In this document: one piece after another, positions 60,385 through 64,000 of the stretch
How the letters are laid out: each line of letters opens with the position of its first letter
Numbering within the stretch: the first letter of the stretch is position 1
Source: Camelus dromedarius
Taxonomy: Eukaryota
NCBI RefSeq assembly: GCF_036321535.1
Contig: NC_087437.1
Location: 23,004,001 to 23,068,000, forward strand
Reading direction: 5' to 3'
Length of the DNA: 64,000 nucleotides
Translations under genes and position numbers: made by a program
The notes under the pieces: generated by a model
Seen by the model: the letters and a program-made list of their open reading frames with translations, nothing else
The model's database searches: none
Told to the model about the DNA's origin: nothing

Positions 60385-62760
60385 CAACAGTGTATTATGG
60401 AAGATTGCAAACCTATACAAAAGTAGACAGAATAGGTTAATGAACCCCCGTATACCCATCACCCAGCTATAGTCATTAGCCTTTGGCCAATCTTGTTTCA
60501 TCTATACACAGATTAAATTCTTCCTCCTCAATTATTTGGAAGTAAATTCTAGACACCATATAATTTCCTCTGTAAATATTTCAGTTCTTATTTCTAAAAC
60601 AGATAATTTAAAAAAAAACCCTAACCATTATCATTCTTAAAAAATTGAATTGATAATATCTCCTTAATATTATCAAGCATTGAGTCTATTGTTTGAATTT
60701 CTTAATGTCTTGTACATGTTATAATATAAATAAATAAACAAACAAATAAATATTTATCATTTGATTGAATCAAGGTCCACATAAGGTCCTTAGATAAGAA
60801 TTGGTTGATAGGTGTCTTAAGTGCCTACTTACAGGTTTCCCCTCCATCTCTTTTTTTGTTTGTTTCTTGTTTTTACAATTATTTGTTATTAAAGAGTGTT
60901 TTTTATTTTTTTTTTTTTAAATCTTGAAGTTTTCCAGTCTGAGATTTGCAAATTGCCCCCTGATGTGTTGAATAAAAGGATCCTATAACCTCTGTATTTC
61001 CTTAGAGTTAGTATATGGACTTAGAAGCTTGACCAGAAAAGGTTGATTTTTTTTTCTTTTTCTTTTGTAAATCTACTTCATGGGTTTTTGTCTTTTTGTG
61101 ATATTAGAAGCCGTTGATGATCAATACCTAGACTCATTATGGTTTGAAAAACAGCAGTATTCTAATTCTATCATTCATTCCTTAGTTACCAGCTAGAATA
61201 CTTCTCTAGAACAAGTCCCTTTCATTATTATCTGATTACCCCGTTGCATGGTTGTATAGGAAAGGCAGAAGAGGTGTAAGATTCTTTCCCTCTTTTACTA
61301 GTTTTAAAAATTATGAGTTCTTTCACTAATATCATATATGCTTATTTTTTATATTGTACAGACCTATATTGAAGTATTTATAATGAATTTTAAACCACTT
61401 TAATTTCTTATTAATGCTGAAAATTTCTGTCTTTGACCAGAGTAAGCCTATTTAAGTTGCCTTCTGTGTATTTTTGACAATGACCCTAGCAGTCTTAGAG
61501 AGTTCCCTTGCTGTGTGGTATGACACAGTACACTGAGCTTAATTTGTAAAATTTCTGCTGTAGACCTAGAATCAGACATTTCTCCAAGGAGCCTCAGTCT
61601 CTTTTAATGATAAATAGTATGTGGTGACCATAATCTAGGTACTAAGAGTGTTTGTTATAAATGAGTTGGTCATTCTCTCTTAGCTTTTTAGCACTCAGAG
61701 TTAGGAAATACTTTTTTTTTTAAGGAAAAGTCATTGCAAATTTGCATTGGTACTTTCAATTCAAATCCAAGGTTACAGAGGTTTTACTTAACCATTTCAG
61801 CTTTGTATTTGTATCTTCTCTACACATGCTGAGAATCCTGGTTCTAACTAACATGGGAGAATTAAAGAATAAGAATATCACATTTATACTTTTTTGTCCT
61901 AAACTAAACCCATAGCAAATTCAGACTAATAATAGCCAACACCTCGCTTACAATATTATTACTAAAAAATTAGTTTTTAAATTTCCTTTACTTCTTGGGT
62001 TACGTCCTACTAGGGATATACTGTCAAATTACTATTTTTAAAAAAGTCATTTGGAACAGTCTGTGTGCCATCAACTTAACACACATTAAGTTTACTCCCC
62101 AATTTTTATTTTAATTTTCAGAGATTGCTTTAAAATATTTTTTTATAATTATGCAAAATGTAAAAAGCAAGATCTATCCAAAGAAATATAGATTTTAATA
62201 TTACTTTTCTCCTTTGAAAGGAAATCACTCCTTTTACTTTATGGCTTATTTTTCTATTGTTTACTTTTTAAGACCAGAGATAAATATTTATGCTCATACC
62301 CTTCCTTTTTTGGCTGAATGATAGCATTCTGTATGCATTTTTCCCCCTTGCTTTTTTTTTCTTTCTGTTTTTAACCTAGCTGAATTTTTTTGGATGTTAC
62401 TCCATATTAGCATCCTCAGATATCCCTTACTCTATTTTCGAGTTGCATAGCACTCTACTTTGTGGGTATATCCCTACTTTATTTAACTAGCTCTGTTGAA
62501 GGACATTTGAATTTTTACAAGGTAATAATCTTGCAATGAATAACTCCACACAAATGATTTTATACTTTTGCCAGGGTTTTTTGGGGAAAATTTTTAGAAA
62601 CAGCATTGCTGTTCAGAAGGTAATGCATAAATAATTTTGTTAGATGTTAATGAATTACCTGTTATAGAAGTTATGCATTACATATTTATATGAGCAATAT
62701 ATGAGAGAGCCTATTTCCCCATAGCCTCATTGACAGAGAATGTTGTCAAACTTCCAGACT
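60385..62760 (-). mobile_element. L1MC-like long 3' UTR / ORF2 end
   Basis: atacaaaagtagacagaatagg...atgaacccccgtatacccatcacccagct...agaatcagacatttctccaaggagcc...gcaatatatgagagagcctatttcccca. Confidence 0.8.
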
Positions 62761-62769
62761 TTAATTGCA

Positions 62770-63200
62770 GGCAAAATTAACAAAAATTACACTTCTAGAA
62801 TATATCTTGGTAAAAGTTGAATTTTCGGAACCAGAAGGAAATCTGCACACATTTTTTGCAGGTGGCAAAACTCCCTCCTTCTTAACCTTACTAAACTAAA
62901 GCAGGTTACCTAACAAGGAGTTAAGAAACACACACACCCACAGACACACACACACCCACAGACACACACACACACATACACAGTGTCATTAAATTCTCCA
63001 TAACATTAAATGCAAGAAACATTGGAATAGTTTCTTCAAAGTTTTAAGGAGATAATTGCCACCAAAGTGTCCTATAACCTATGAATTTATATTTCTTAAA
63101 TAAATGCTTTAGAGAGAAATTTTAGACAGGCAGTGATTGAGAAAGTAGACAACCCAAACAGACTTCCTGGAAAAAAATTGCTGGAAAGCTTTCACTAACT
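62770..63200 (+). mobile_element. L1/HAL1 ORF1-like fragment (probably continues 59960-60330 across the L1MC insertion)
   Basis: acttctagaatatatcttggtaaaa...aatgcaagaaacattggaatagtttcttcaaagttttaagg resembles the ORF1 C-terminal region. Confidence 0.45.
62929..62982. repeat. Compound (CA)n microsatellite
   Basis: Direct observation. Confidence 0.92.
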
Positions 63201-63711
63201 ACTTAATAAATGGAACCAAATAAATATCTGAATTATATGGAAAATTTGAGTTTTGAAAAAAATTAACATAGTTATGAGATAATGTGTCAAAATTATTTTA
63301 AAAGAGAGGATAAAATAAGAACAAATAAAATATCCTGGATATAAAAATTCCAGATGTTAATTATTTTAATGAAAACTATGAGGTCAGTGTGGATAGAAAG
63401 AAATACAGGTTAAATTTCTTATCCTGCTGATGAGAGAGCTGTTTTCTTTGACTGTAGTAGAAGAATAATAGCTCAGTTTTTAAAATTTAATTGAATGGTA
63501 AATACTGAAAGCAGAACATTTAAACTACTTGACAAAAAATGTAAAGAAAACTTGAGTAATACAACAATACTAAAAAAGAGAAAGCAAGAAAACAAAAGAC
63601 ATAAATACCAAAAAACCCCAAAATAAGACCATAGAAAGAAGACTCCATGCAACTTGTATCCAACATACTTAAGACAAAAATTATTCACAGATTAATAATA
63701 AGAGTATATAT

Positions 63712-64000
63712 CTGTTATGTTTTTTGATTATCTAGCATTTTTGAATCTTTCCTGTGTTTGGAGAATTTCCTTCTTATGTGCTTCACATCCTCAAAGTAGA
63801 GACCAGAGAATTTATTTTGTCAGCCTTTCTTGCACTTAAGGCACAAGTATGTGACCTAGGTAAATCCAGTTAACCTTGGTGCCAGATTGTGGTTCAGAAG
63901 TGAGCGATGGAAGAAAGGAGGCTCCGTGAACAATTCATTTTGTTAGCCATACTAGTTGGTACAGTACTTCAGCTTTTGCCTCTCAGGGGTGAATTGCCTC
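63712..64000 (+). mobile_element. ERVL LTR (LTR33-like), runs off the window
   Basis: ttttgtcagcctttcttgcacttaaggcacaagtatgtgacctagg motif. Confidence 0.5.

Noticed and set aside
232..63688. The supplied six-frame ORFs as protein-coding genes
   Set aside because: All are short (<=149 aa) and unrecognisable. Many lie in repeats or microsatellites (poly-YI, poly-HT, poly-CV), as expected by chance in mammalian non-coding DNA.
1..64000. CRISPR arrays, operons, tRNA/rRNA/snRNA genes
   Set aside because: Eukaryotic repeat-rich DNA; no repeat-spacer arrays or recognisable structural RNA sequences seen.

Overview
This is mammalian nuclear DNA: AT-rich, CpG-depleted and either intronic or intergenic. 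It is most likely camelid, because a young camelid-type L1 3' end sits at 56.3-56.7 kb and I see no Alu, B1/B2, Bov-A/B, PRE-1, CHR or Can-SINE elements. Roughly half of the window is decayed transposable elements (MIR, L2, L1/HAL1, MLT1/ERVL/ERV1 LTRs, hAT MITEs), often nested. I recognise no known protein-coding exon, structural RNA gene or CpG island, and the supplied ORFs look like chance or repeat-derived frames. Four observations stand out. (1) A ~1 kb frameshifted fossil of a Penelope-like retroelement reverse transcriptase at ~29.09-30.06 kb, with motifs in the correct order; this class is very rare in mammals. (2) An internally deleted L1 at 7.2-7.8 kb flanked by a ~170-190 bp diverged direct repeat that looks like an abnormally long target-site duplication. 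(3) Minus-strand candidate exons: a first exon or 9-nt microexon at ~43.0 kb, and three exons at 9.4, 5.3 and 1.5 kb that splice in frame to an unrecognised 174-aa ORF. (4) A full MER41-like solo LTR with its TSD. Repeat subfamily names and boundaries come from recalled consensus sequences and are approximate; no database searches were run.
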